Assembly (NCBI GenBank): GCA_019322485.1
Contig: JAHWIK010000015.1
Span: 23,216 to 87,215, forward strand
From: Candidatus Woesearchaeota archaeon
Lineage (GTDB): Archaea > Nanobdellota > Nanobdellia > Woesearchaeales > JAHWIC01
Direction of reading: 5' to 3'
Length of the DNA stretch: 64,000 nt
This document shows, in pieces, positions 1 through 9,059 of the stretch. Numbering within the stretch: position 1 is the stretch's first letter; each line of letters opens with the position of its first letter. The notes under the pieces are model-generated. The model saw only the letters and a list, made by a program, of their open reading frames with translations. It made no database searches and was not told where the DNA came from. The position numbers were made by a program, and so were the translations under genes.

Positions 1-1
1 T

Positions 2-169
2 GGTGGTTCTATAAGGAGATGGAATCTTGGTTCTTCATTAAAGATGGGAGATGTTATGCATGCATTGATTGGACTTGTAACACCTTATATGACTGGAAAG
101 CTAGACGGCAGAGAAATAACAGATCCAGGTATCTTAAAGGTACATAGAAAGTATAAGCTTCCTGGTTAA
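2..169 (+). CDS. 3' end of an unidentified CDS running in from the window edge (55 codons, ...KVHRKYKLPG*)
   Basis: Frame 2 is open from the window edge to TAA at 167-169. I recognise no motif. Confidence 0.3.
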   Translation, partial: GGSIRRWNLGSSLKMGDVMHALIGLVTPYMTGKLDGREITDPGILKVHRKYKLPG

Positions 170-1408
170 CTACAGAACAGAATAATAATCTTCTAAAACA
201 ATCTTATCCATATTCTCCAGGTCTCTTACAACATATAATCTGCCATTTCCCAGTTCTGTAATCCTTTCTGCCAGGGCTTTTGCTTTTGGCTCTAGCTTTA
301 TTCCAATCAAAGAAATAGTTATTCCAGCATTTCTTGCTTCTGAGATTGCTCTTATTGTTGCGTTCTCAGGGTCACTACCAACAGTTGGCATTGCGTCTGT
401 TATAAGAATCAAATGCTTTGTTATGTTTTCATTCGGGAATAACTCAATTGCTTTCTCTATTGTCTTTACAATGTTTGTTTCTTTTGAGGCCCTTATCTTT
501 GTGATTTCTTTTAACAGCATTCCAAAGTCATTTGTTGGTTCAATAGCTGTTTTTACTTCTGAACCAAATACAATTAAGCCAACCTTGTCTTTTTCATTAA
601 GGGCTTTAAACGCTAATGCAACACCTGCTTTTTTGCAGACATCAATCTTTGCGCCTTTCATTGAGCCGGATGCATCTAGGGCATAGATGATTGATATGCG
701 GCCTTTTCTCTGCCTTTCAAATGTCCTTAGGTCCTCTTTGATTAACTCCTTATGAGACCTTCTTACTGCCAGCTTGATTGAATCCCTTATTGCCAAATCC
801 TTGTATCTATCTCCTTTCTTGTATAGCTTGACATCCATCTTGTCGCCGTAATGCGCAGCTTTTTTATGCACTTTCTCTCCTAGAATTCCTTTAGGCATTA
901 GATTGCTTAATTCTTCTGTGTAAAGAATTAATGATGCAAGCTCAACACCTTTTTCCAGAATATTCCCTCTGCTGTCAATTAATTTATTATCTTTTAATTT
1001 CTCAATGTTCTCTTCAATATTCTTTCTTATCTCTTTCTGGAACTCAGGGATATTTATGTTTTTCTGGATATAGCCTGGCTCGTAATTGCTTAATAACCTT
1101 AGAATTGTGGGGCCAAAGACCTTCTTAGCCATTGAATAGCTTTTAACAAGCTGCTCCATCATTAAATCAGGAGTAAAGCAGCTAAGGCCCTGGTTGATTG
1201 ATTCTCTTATAAGCTTGCCGTCCTTGACTGTTTTCTTGTCGTTCTCAAGAACAGAATGCATTAATTTATCTCCAACCTTGCCTCTTGATAGTTTACCAGA
1301 AAGTTCTGTTATATCAGCCAGCTTTTCTACTTTAGTTTGCCGGCTGTCAAAGGCCACCACCCTTCTTGACGGCCTCGCTCTTTGAGAAATCCTTAAACTC
1401 CTCAGCAA
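170..1408 (-). CDS. von Willebrand factor A (VWA) domain protein, ChlD-like partner of the adjacent AAA+ ATPase
   Basis: The C-terminal half has a VWA MIDAS-type motif 'IIYALDASGSMKG' and 'ILITDAMPT'. It lies directly downstream of the ChlI-like ATPase. The 62-nt overlap suggests the true start is further in. Confidence 0.8.
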   Translation of the reverse strand: MLRSLRISQRARPSRRVVAFDSRQTKVEKLADITELSGKLSRGKVGDKLMHSVLENDKKTVKDGKLIRESINQGLSCFTPDLMMEQLVKSYSMAKKVFGPTILRLLSNYEPGYIQKNINIPEFQKEIRKNIEENIEKLKDNKLIDSRGNILEKGVELASLILYTEELSNLMPKGILGEKVHKKAAHYGDKMDVKLYKKGDRYKDLAIRDSIKLAVRRSHKELIKEDLRTFERQRKGRISIIYALDASGSMKGAKIDVCKKAGVALAFKALNEKDKVGLIVFGSEVKTAIEPTNDFGMLLKEITKIRASKETNIVKTIEKAIELFPNENITKHLILITDAMPTVGSDPENATIRAISEARNAGITISLIGIKLEPKAKALAERITELGNGRLYVVRDLENMDKIVLEDYYSVL

Positions 1409-2369
1409 TGTATTCCGTCGGGCTTTTGAGGTATTTAGCAGAAGGCTTTAACTCAATGCGATGGCTCAAGACAGAGACAACAGCCTCGGCTATATCTTCA
1501 AAATCAATTTTTTGCCTGCCTTTTAATTTTGCATTAGCTTGTGCTCTTTCATACAAGCCAATAGAAGCTCTAACACTAGGCTTTTTGCTTAGTTTGCTGT
1601 CTTCCCTTAATAACCTTACAAAGTAGATTGCTAGGTTTAGTAAATTATCTGCAAATTCAACATCAATTTTCTTTCCTTTTTGTTTTACTATCCCTGTTTC
1701 AATCTCTATGCTTTCTGGGTAAGCCATATATAAAACATCAAACCTGTCAATGAAAACATCTGATATGCGTTCTGTTGATGTGTCCTCTGGATTCATTGTT
1801 GCTATTAGTATGAAATTAGCAGGGATATCAACGTCATAGCTGCTTATGGTTGCTTTTCCTTCCTGCAGAACTTGCAGCAAGGCATTCTGCAGTTTCTCAG
1901 GGCACCTGTTGACTTCATCAAAGAACAAGATGCCATTATTTGCTTTGAATATCTTTCCTGGTGTAAAGGCCTCCATGCTTAAAGGGCCGGATTTTAATGC
2001 CTTTACAGGGTCAATGTCTCCAAGTAAATCCTCAACAGTTAAATCAGGACTTCCCTGGATTCTTATGAATCTTTCAACTCCTTTTACTTTCTTTGATTTT
2101 AGCTGTTTATTTGATTTACAAGAAGGGCAAACAGGATTCTTTGGGTCACAGTGGAACTCACAGCCATCAACAACATCAATCTCTGGCAGTAGTTCTGCAA
2201 CATTCTTTGCTAAGGTAGTCTTTCCAATACCGGGCGGCCCAACAATAATGATATGCCTTCCCATCAATAGGGCTGATTTTAGGCCGTGTTTTACCTTATC
2301 CTGCCCAAGAATATCTATAAATGGGTCTTTTTCCTTCAGGAAAATTGCTTCTAATTGTTTTGAAATCAT
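1347..2369 (-). CDS. AAA+ ATPase of the Mg-chelatase ChlI/BchI (MoxR-related) type
   Basis: Walker A 'GPPGIGKTTLA', Walker B 'ILFFDEVNR' and 'ATMNPE' are present. There is a Cys-rich insert 'CEFHCDPKNPVCPSC'. It is paired with a VWA protein. Confidence 0.85.
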   Translation of the reverse strand: MISKQLEAIFLKEKDPFIDILGQDKVKHGLKSALLMGRHIIIVGPPGIGKTTLAKNVAELLPEIDVVDGCEFHCDPKNPVCPSCKSNKQLKSKKVKGVERFIRIQGSPDLTVEDLLGDIDPVKALKSGPLSMEAFTPGKIFKANNGILFFDEVNRCPEKLQNALLQVLQEGKATISSYDVDIPANFILIATMNPEDTSTERISDVFIDRFDVLYMAYPESIEIETGIVKQKGKKIDVEFADNLLNLAIYFVRLLREDSKLSKKPSVRASIGLYERAQANAKLKGRQKIDFEDIAEAVVSVLSHRIELKPSAKYLKSPTEYIAEEFKDFSKSEAVKKGGGL

Positions 2370-2407
2370 TCCAAAATAAGAAGGTAGAATTACTTATAAA
2401 GGTTTGG

Positions 2408-3421
2408 TTATCGTGACTTGTATGCCCCAGTAGCTTTTTCACCATTCATTCCGCTTCTCAACAGCAAATGGCCGTTGCAGCGGAAATCATAGTACCTATT
2501 AGCTACAGTCCTTAAGATTTCCATATCTATTAACAGGGCTTCAGCTTTTTTTCTTGCTGAATCTTCACCACCCAAGTGTTCACTCACATATTTTTCCATA
2601 AAATGGTCCATTGCAGAGAATGCTCCCTTTAAATAATCTGCTCTGATTCTGCCCCTTAAGGGAATTGCTCTGCTTAGGTTACTATCTACCTGAGCAATTG
2701 CTCCTCTAAATCCGCTAAATTCGTCTCGTTGTCCTTCGGGTTTTGCCCCCAGGACTTTATCCTTGTATATTGCATCTATGTGTCTGCTTACACTTTCTCT
2801 GTATATACCACTGATTATACCGCTAAAAACAGCCTCTACTTCAGCAGGTTCATTGCCATACTTACGCATTTCATAGACTCCTACTTTATCCCACAGCTTT
2901 CTTGTTACATTAGCAACCATCTGGATAGACCTATTTGCTTTTACAGTAGGATGGTCCATCTCCCCATCCATAATCAAACCAAAATCAGTGCCATAATTTT
3001 CATATGCATAGTTTGTTGTGAATATTCTCATAACTGTCCCTAAGACTACCTCAGCCAGTAACATCCTTCTTGCGGGATCTTTAACAGGCTCTTCTACAAC
3101 AGCTCTTTCACCAAGTGCATCTCTTTCAATTCTTATTGTCGGTTCTGGGTCTTCTTCAGGATGAATAGCTAAGTGGACTTTAGCTGCATATACTCTTAAT
3201 GTGTCTATATCAAGATCGTGTAAATAGAATTTTTCTTCACCTTCTTCATCTGTAAAACTACCTTCTGTTGCTTCTCTTACAGCTGCTTGGAACTTAGCTT
3301 CTAATTTAACAATATCACTAAGCTCCTTCCTACTGCTTTCTCTATTTGCTGGGCTTCCTTGCCCTGCTTTGTTTAGTTCTTGCGTCATTTTTCCATAACT
3401 GCGAGAAGTAATCTCGCGCAC
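2408..3421 (-). CDS. hypothetical protein (337 aa), no recognisable motif, Arg/Glu/Ala-rich rather than Lys-rich
   Basis: Long ORF with coding-like composition. It sits at the head of the AAA+/VWA gene string. Confidence 0.55.
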   Translation of the reverse strand: MREITSRSYGKMTQELNKAGQGSPANRESSRKELSDIVKLEAKFQAAVREATEGSFTDEEGEEKFYLHDLDIDTLRVYAAKVHLAIHPEEDPEPTIRIERDALGERAVVEEPVKDPARRMLLAEVVLGTVMRIFTTNYAYENYGTDFGLIMDGEMDHPTVKANRSIQMVANVTRKLWDKVGVYEMRKYGNEPAEVEAVFSGIISGIYRESVSRHIDAIYKDKVLGAKPEGQRDEFSGFRGAIAQVDSNLSRAIPLRGRIRADYLKGAFSAMDHFMEKYVSEHLGGEDSARKKAEALLIDMEILRTVANRYYDFRCNGHLLLRSGMNGEKATGAYKSR

Positions 3422-3517
3422 AGTCTTTTCACTTATTGAGGTTTTTCATACATAATCTAGAAGATTATATAATTTATATAATACGGGAAAATTAGGTACT
3501 TTATAAACCTTTTGTTT

Positions 3518-4114
3518 CTATAGAGTAGAGATAATCCTTGTTAGTTTAATAACAACAGAAGCAACAATTGGCATTACTATGTTATCATCTACCCTGCGCA
3601 TTCCGAACTTTATTTCAATGCCTTCTGCAATCATGGCAAAGATAGCAGCAAAAAAGGCTTCTGCTGGCCTGACAAATATAACTGCAGCAAGAAAGCCGGT
3701 GATTATGCCCACTATTGCACCTTCAATGAACTTGGCGCTGTCCAACGGATGTTTTACCCTTCCAAAATGCACTCCAACAAACCTTGAAATTGGGTCAGCA
3801 ATTGCAAGGATTGCTATTGAAGCAAGAGCGATATCCTGCGGGAAAAGGAAGACTACAATAGTAATTCCAGTGATATAAAAGAATGCACCCTTTGCTGGAA
3901 ACTTTTTTATGTCTTTTTCACGGTCAAATTGCTGCAGAAACCAGTGCATAACAGGTATTCTATATCTTTTTGAAATTAATGACAGCGCTAAAAGAGCTAG
4001 GGTCAATGTTAACAACAGCCATTTTGTAAGAAATTCAAATTTTAGCAGTAATATGATTATTGTACCGCACGTAATGTGGAACAATCCCCTTCTAAATTCA
4101 AACTTGCTAGCCAT
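3518..4114 (-). CDS. polytopic membrane protein of the dolichol/polyprenol kinase - cytidylyltransferase-1 superfamily
   Basis: N-terminal 'EFRRGLFHI' resembles the E-x-RK-x-x-H motif. 'DPISRFVGVHFGRVKH...KFIEGAIVG' resembles D..a..vG..fG..k...K..EGs. About 6 TM segments. Confidence 0.55.
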   Translation of the reverse strand: MASKFEFRRGLFHITCGTIIILLLKFEFLTKWLLLTLTLALLALSLISKRYRIPVMHWFLQQFDREKDIKKFPAKGAFFYITGITIVVFLFPQDIALASIAILAIADPISRFVGVHFGRVKHPLDSAKFIEGAIVGIITGFLAAVIFVRPAEAFFAAIFAMIAEGIEIKFGMRRVDDNIVMPIVASVVIKLTRIISTL

Positions 4115-4115
4115 T

Positions 4116-4694
4116 TTATCTTCTGAATATCTTTATTCTTTGAAAAATTTTATGCTTTTTTTCAATAAAGACAAAAAAGTGTGCAACTGCAAAACCAAGC
4201 AAAGCACCACCAATAACATCGCTTAAGTAGTGCACATTTAAATAGATTCTGCTAAAAGCGACTATAACTGCAAAAAGAACCCAGAACCATTTGAGCTTCG
4301 GAAATTCTAAATCAAGGATCGGTATTGCTGTGAAAGAGGCGCTTGCATGCAGGCTGGGGAATGAGTAAACTGTTGATATTATGAAATGCGCTGCTACCAG
4401 GTCTTCTGGCCTTGGCCTTGCGATAATGGATTTAAGGATAAGGCACAATATTGACGAAGCCAGGAAACTTACCCATAGGACAGGGATCCATTCACGCTTG
4501 CGTTCCTGCCATAAGAACAAGGAGGTCATTACTATCAAGACTATGAATACAGAGCCGAAATGGGTTACTGAGCCTAGGGCATAGTCTAGGATTGGATTTC
4601 TTACCATGCTTACCAATACTAATTTGTCTAAAAAGAAACTGATTATGAGAAGTATGATTCCTGCACTGTAGAAGATAATGTTTTTTGTTTTCAT
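4116..4694 (-). CDS. PAP2-family (type 2 phosphatidic acid / polyprenyl-diphosphate) phosphatase
   Basis: All three PAP2 motifs are present: 'KSIIARPRP', 'PSLHAS' and 'SRIYLNVHYLSD'. Confidence 0.85.
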   Translation of the reverse strand: MKTKNIIFYSAGIILLIISFFLDKLVLVSMVRNPILDYALGSVTHFGSVFIVLIVMTSLFLWQERKREWIPVLWVSFLASSILCLILKSIIARPRPEDLVAAHFIISTVYSFPSLHASASFTAIPILDLEFPKLKWFWVLFAVIVAFSRIYLNVHYLSDVIGGALLGFAVAHFFVFIEKKHKIFQRIKIFRR

Positions 4695-5566
4695 TTGGAT
4701 TTCTTAGTTACAATTGTCGTCGATAAAATCCCCAAAGCAAGGAAGAGAAGCATTACAACAATATTTGATATTGTCCACGAGGTTGTGTTCTGGCATACTT
4801 TCTTTATTGGAATGCTTAAACAACCAATTACCAACCCTAATAGGACATAGAGTGTTTTGCACTTGTCCTTTCTGAATAAAAATGATACAGCTCTTGAGAT
4901 GCTGAACGCCCCTAATATTGCCCCTATAGTGAACGCCATGAAATAATCAAGTTTTCCTAAGATATCATGCAGAACACTTAGCATAAACTCATAGATGCCC
5001 AATATAAGGAGTATGAATGCACCTGAGATTCCAGGCAGGAACATAGCGCTGATTGCAAGGAAACCTCCAATAAAAATATATGCTATATTTGGCGTTATTG
5101 TTGCTGGGATAAGTATTGAAAGTGATATGCCTACCAACAACCCGAGAAGACCGAACATGATATTTTTTGTATGGTGCCTTTCGATGTGGTCAAAGATTGC
5201 TTTTGATGACGCTAGAATCAGGCCAATAAAGAATGATATTGTGTATGCGTAATGATTCTCTAATAGGTAGGTTATAATCCTTGAGCCAATCAGTAATGCA
5301 GTAGCTATGCCTGCTCCTAATGTTATAAGGAAGATAAGGTCCAGCTTTTTTACATCCTGCTTTAATGCGCTTAAGCCCTGCTTGTCTCTCTTTATGCTGT
5401 ATCTGAACAAATCACCAACCAGCTTAGGAGAGAAGCTCTTTACAGCATTTATCAGTCTTGTATAAATCCCTGTGATAAAGGCAATTGTTCCTCCTGAGAT
5501 TCCAGGGATTATATCGCATATTCCCATCAAAACTCCTTTTAGAAATAATAAGGTAGTTTGCTTCAC
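4691..5566 (-). CDS. DUF368-family membrane protein (family reported as a polyprenyl-phosphate translocase, PopT type)
   Basis: Duplicated signature 'IPGISGGTIAFITGIY' and 'LPGISGAFILLILGIYE'. About 8 TM segments. Confidence 0.8.
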   Translation of the reverse strand: MKQTTLLFLKGVLMGICDIIPGISGGTIAFITGIYTRLINAVKSFSPKLVGDLFRYSIKRDKQGLSALKQDVKKLDLIFLITLGAGIATALLIGSRIITYLLENHYAYTISFFIGLILASSKAIFDHIERHHTKNIMFGLLGLLVGISLSILIPATITPNIAYIFIGGFLAISAMFLPGISGAFILLILGIYEFMLSVLHDILGKLDYFMAFTIGAILGAFSISRAVSFLFRKDKCKTLYVLLGLVIGCLSIPIKKVCQNTTSWTISNIVVMLLFLALGILSTTIVTKKSK

Positions 5567-6555
5567 TTCTTGACAACTCCTTTTAGTTTTTTATTCTTTT
5601 TTTTGATATTTGGCCAGATTAAGGTTCCTGGCTGTATAATTACGTTTTTTGCAGTTACTTTATCACCGATAATTGCGCCAAGTTTAAGAACTTTTATTTT
5701 TTTATTTTTTATAATTGAGATTACATTTGATTTTGATTCTATCTTTCCTTTGAAATAAACACCTTCTCCAATTATTGAATCCTTTACTATTGAACCTTTT
5801 TCAATGATTGAATTGTCCATAATGATTGAATTGATTACTTTTCCTTTGATTTTGCAGTTCTTTCCTATTGAGTTTCCTTTTATCCTGAATAATTTCTTTA
5901 CATCAAACAGATTCCATGGATAGCCAACTGATATCCATTGTTTTGCTGCAACACATTTTACTTTTTCTTTTTTTGCCAATGCCCTTACAGAATCAGTTAG
6001 CTCGTATTCTCCTCTTGGAGACCTTTTTATTTTTTTGAGTTCATTGAAGATTTCTTTGTCTAGAACATAAAGTGCAGTATTTGCTAGGTTTGATACTGGC
6101 TTTTTCGGCTTTTCAACTAAATCTGTTACAAAGCCGTTCTTTACAGTATAAACACCAAACCTTGAAGGGTCTTTTACTTTCTTGGCTAGAACTGAATATT
6201 TGTGTTTTATGCATTTTTTTATATCATTTCTCGAGTATAAATCATCTGCCATCAATACTATGAATTTGTTTTTTATCTTGTTTTTTGCTACAGCCAGGGC
6301 ATGGCCTGTTCCTAATTGCGGTTTCTGCAGAACATAACTAATCTTTAATTTTTTGTATCTTTTCTTGAATTGTTTTTTAATTGAATTTGCTTTAAAGCCA
6401 ACTATAAGGATTACTTCTTTAACCAAGCCATTTAACTGGTCTAGATTATATTCTAATAATGTTTTATTTCCTATTTTTAACAACGGCTTTGGCTTGTTTA
6501 TAGTCAGAGGATAGGTTCTTGTTGATTTACCTGCTGCTAGAATTACTGCCTGCAT
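5563..6555 (-). CDS. sugar-1-phosphate nucleotidyltransferase with a C-terminal left-handed beta-helix
   Basis: N-terminus 'MQAVILAAGKSTRTYPLT..KPKPLL'. The C-terminus has hexapeptide-like repeats (IIMDNSIIEKGSIVKDSIIGEGV). Confidence 0.8.
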   Translation of the reverse strand: MQAVILAAGKSTRTYPLTINKPKPLLKIGNKTLLEYNLDQLNGLVKEVILIVGFKANSIKKQFKKRYKKLKISYVLQKPQLGTGHALAVAKNKIKNKFIVLMADDLYSRNDIKKCIKHKYSVLAKKVKDPSRFGVYTVKNGFVTDLVEKPKKPVSNLANTALYVLDKEIFNELKKIKRSPRGEYELTDSVRALAKKEKVKCVAAKQWISVGYPWNLFDVKKLFRIKGNSIGKNCKIKGKVINSIIMDNSIIEKGSIVKDSIIGEGVYFKGKIESKSNVISIIKNKKIKVLKLGAIIGDKVTAKNVIIQPGTLIWPNIKKKNKKLKGVVKK

Positions 6556-6556
6556 T

Positions 6557-7807
6557 TTATAGGAGTCTTATCTGCTTAACCTTTTCTTTTATGTATGGCT
6601 CTTTTATTAATTTTTTAACCAGGTCTTCTGGCTTTGTGAATTCTCTCTTCACCTTTGCAAAGACCTTTTTGCCTTTTGTGAATGTGTTCTTGTGCTTTGC
6701 TTTGAATCTTTTAACATGGAATTTCTGCTTTAATGCAGGCCCTTCGTGGAGCTTGATATTTGGCAGAGGTTTTTTATCGCAGATAAAGAAAATCGTTGCT
6801 TTTAATTCCTTATCCCAATGCCAGCCTTTTTCTAATATCTTGAAATCATTTCTTAGCAGTTTATCTGCCATATATTCAAAGGATTTTACGAGTTTTGCTC
6901 CTGCGATGTCTTCTTTTCTTCTTATTGTTTTGATGTCTAAGGCAATTAATTTCTTGTTTTTTGCTTTCTTTTTTAGGTCATCGGTTGTCAATACCTTTTC
7001 CTTGAAGAGCTCTTTTGACGGTTTTTTTAGGAAATTCTTGCAAGCCAATCTGAAATTATCGAATTTTTCCTTGCTAAGGGCTGCTGCAGCATTCCTGTCA
7101 TGCTGTACAGGGTCTATTAAGATTAATGGTGAATAGGCCTTTGATTTGTTTAGCTCCTGCAGCACATCCTTTCCTTTGTAGTATTTCTTTATGTCAATTA
7201 TTACCTTATCAGGCCATTTTGCTGCATTCCTTGCTAGTTTTAGGAACGAGCCGTAGTGGGTTGTTAGAACCTCGCAGATATAACCTGAGAATCCTCTTAT
7301 GTAGGATTCTGCACCATAGGCATTATTTGCTTTGCAGAATTGTTTTGTCAGCCTTATCTCATCTTTTAAGGCTTTATTTGTGTTGGCTGCAACCCATTTT
7401 GCATGCAATGGGCTTACATCAGTTATATTAACTGCCTGCTTGGCATCCTTTATATCGAGGATAGGGACTATCTCAAAGGTAAAGTTTCCTTTTTTTAGCT
7501 GAAAATAATCCCTGCTACCATGCAATTTTGTAATTCTTGGGAAAATTTTTTTTAATTTCTTCTCCAGGATACCGGATAACTGGTCGCTTTTGTCTTTATA
7601 CTTCGAATATTTGAAGCAGACAAATATATCTGCATCATTTGCACGCTTTAACCAGGTTCCTTTTGCACCAGAACCGCCCAGGATTACTTTAGCCTCTTTT
7701 ACCTTCTTCTTTAATGCTGAAAGAACAGAATAAATCTTTCCAGAAACCTCTGTTTTTAGCTCTTCATCTGGCTTTATTTCCTCTAAAACCTCTTTTAGTA
7801 AATTCAT
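6557..7807 (-). CDS. cca: archaeal class I CCA-adding enzyme (tRNA nucleotidyltransferase)
   Basis: 'LGGSGAKGTWLKRANDADIFVCF' matches the archaeal CCA-enzyme catalytic core (GS..kGTwL...DiDiFv). Length is about 416 aa. Confidence 0.85.
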   Translation of the reverse strand: MNLLKEVLEEIKPDEELKTEVSGKIYSVLSALKKKVKEAKVILGGSGAKGTWLKRANDADIFVCFKYSKYKDKSDQLSGILEKKLKKIFPRITKLHGSRDYFQLKKGNFTFEIVPILDIKDAKQAVNITDVSPLHAKWVAANTNKALKDEIRLTKQFCKANNAYGAESYIRGFSGYICEVLTTHYGSFLKLARNAAKWPDKVIIDIKKYYKGKDVLQELNKSKAYSPLILIDPVQHDRNAAAALSKEKFDNFRLACKNFLKKPSKELFKEKVLTTDDLKKKAKNKKLIALDIKTIRRKEDIAGAKLVKSFEYMADKLLRNDFKILEKGWHWDKELKATIFFICDKKPLPNIKLHEGPALKQKFHVKRFKAKHKNTFTKGKKVFAKVKREFTKPEDLVKKLIKEPYIKEKVKQIRLL

Positions 7808-7889
7808 GGCGAGAATAAAAGATATTGAGTTTAAAAGGTTTATGTTTTTAAGGAAAAACTTAATAAACAGTAATTCTAATGCTTGCTGT

Positions 7890-8663
7890 ATGATAAAAAT
7901 AGGTCCTGCCGGAACCTCAGGCTTGGGTTATCCTGATGGATTTATACACTGCAAGGAGATTGGCCTGGATGCTTTAGAGGTTGAGTTCACCCACAGCGTT
8001 CATATGAATAATGAAAAGGCAAAGCTTGCTGGACAGGCTGCCAGGAAGCTGAAGCTTGACCTTTCTGTTCATGCCCCTTATTTCATTAATTTAGCGTCTG
8101 AGGAAAAGCCGAAGATAACTGCTTCTAAGAAAAGGATTTTGATGAGCTGCGAAAGAGCGCATTATTTAGGTGCAAAATATGTTGTTTTTCATGCCGGCTT
8201 CTACGGCAAAAAAGACCATGAAGAGGTTTATTCTATTATTTCAAATGAGATAGCTGACATGCAAAAGACAATCAAAGCAAAGAAATGGAATGTTGTTTTA
8301 GCTCCTGAGACAACCGGCAAGCCGGTCCAGTTCTGCGGCTTGGATACTTTATTGAGGTTAAGGAAGGATGTTAAGTGTGAACTTTGCATTGATTTTGCAC
8401 ATATGAAAGCCAGAACCCAGGGCAAGATGTCATATGATGAGATGCTTGACAAGCTCAAAGGAATAAAGCACATACATTCACATTTTTCTGGAATAGAATG
8501 GACTCCTAAAGGAGAGAGAAGGCATTTACTGACGCAAGCTAAAGATATAAAAGAACTGCTTAGTTGCTTACTTAAACATAAGGTTGATGTTACTATAATA
8601 AATGAAAGTCCGGATCCAATTGGGGATGCTCTTAAGATGAAGAAGATTTTAGAAAAACTATGA
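7890..8663 (+). CDS. nfo: endonuclease IV-like AP endonuclease (xylose-isomerase-like TIM barrel)
   Basis: 'VHAPYFINLAS', 'VVFHAG', 'LAPETTG' and 'CIDFAHM' are present. I prefer the in-frame ATG at 7890 (MIKIGPAG...). The 7806 ATG abuts the divergent cca start codon and leaves no promoter space. Confidence 0.7.
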   Translation: MIKIGPAGTSGLGYPDGFIHCKEIGLDALEVEFTHSVHMNNEKAKLAGQAARKLKLDLSVHAPYFINLASEEKPKITASKKRILMSCERAHYLGAKYVVFHAGFYGKKDHEEVYSIISNEIADMQKTIKAKKWNVVLAPETTGKPVQFCGLDTLLRLRKDVKCELCIDFAHMKARTQGKMSYDEMLDKLKGIKHIHSHFSGIEWTPKGERRHLLTQAKDIKELLSCLLKHKVDVTIINESPDPIGDALKMKKILEKL

Positions 8664-9043
8664 AGAAAATAATCATTGACACAAACTTTTTAATGGCAGT
8701 AAGCCAGTTTAAGGTAGATATTTTCTCGGAGATAAGAAGGATTTGTGATTTTAGTTATCAATTATTTATCATCGACAAAACAATCAATGAACTCAAGTCA
8801 ATAATAGAAACCCAGAAGGGGAAGAATAAGGCTGCGGCCAAATTAGCATTATCAATAATAAAACTCAAAAAAATTAAAAAAATAAAAACAAAGGAAGGAA
8901 CTGTTGATGAGCTGATTCTAAAACTTCCGAAGAAAGACACAATTGTTGCGACGCAGGATATGGAATTAAAGGGCAGGCTGAGGAAAAAAGGAATTCCTCT
9001 TATTGTTTTAAGGCAGAAGAAGTATTTGGTTATAGTTGAGTAG
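8660..9043 (+). CDS. PIN-domain protein, Fcf1/Utp24-like
   Basis: 'IIIDTNFLM' carries the PIN Asp. 'VATQDMELKGRLRKKGIPLIVLRQKKY' matches the Fcf1-type C-terminus. It overlaps nfo by 4 nt. Confidence 0.7.
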   Translation: MKKIIIDTNFLMAVSQFKVDIFSEIRRICDFSYQLFIIDKTINELKSIIETQKGKNKAAAKLALSIIKLKKIKKIKTKEGTVDELILKLPKKDTIVATQDMELKGRLRKKGIPLIVLRQKKYLVIVE

Positions 9044-9059
9044 AAATTTAAATTATATG

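Noticed and set aside
6519-7431. Plus-strand ORFs of 205 aa and 101 aa
   Set aside because: They are antisense to the well-supported CCA-adding enzyme gene, with a hydrophobic, low-complexity composition.
7806-7889. Upstream ATG at 7806 as the start of the endonuclease IV gene
   Set aside because: It overlaps the divergent cca start codon and would leave no promoter for either gene. The family alignment starts near MIKIGPAG (7890). I cannot exclude the longer form.
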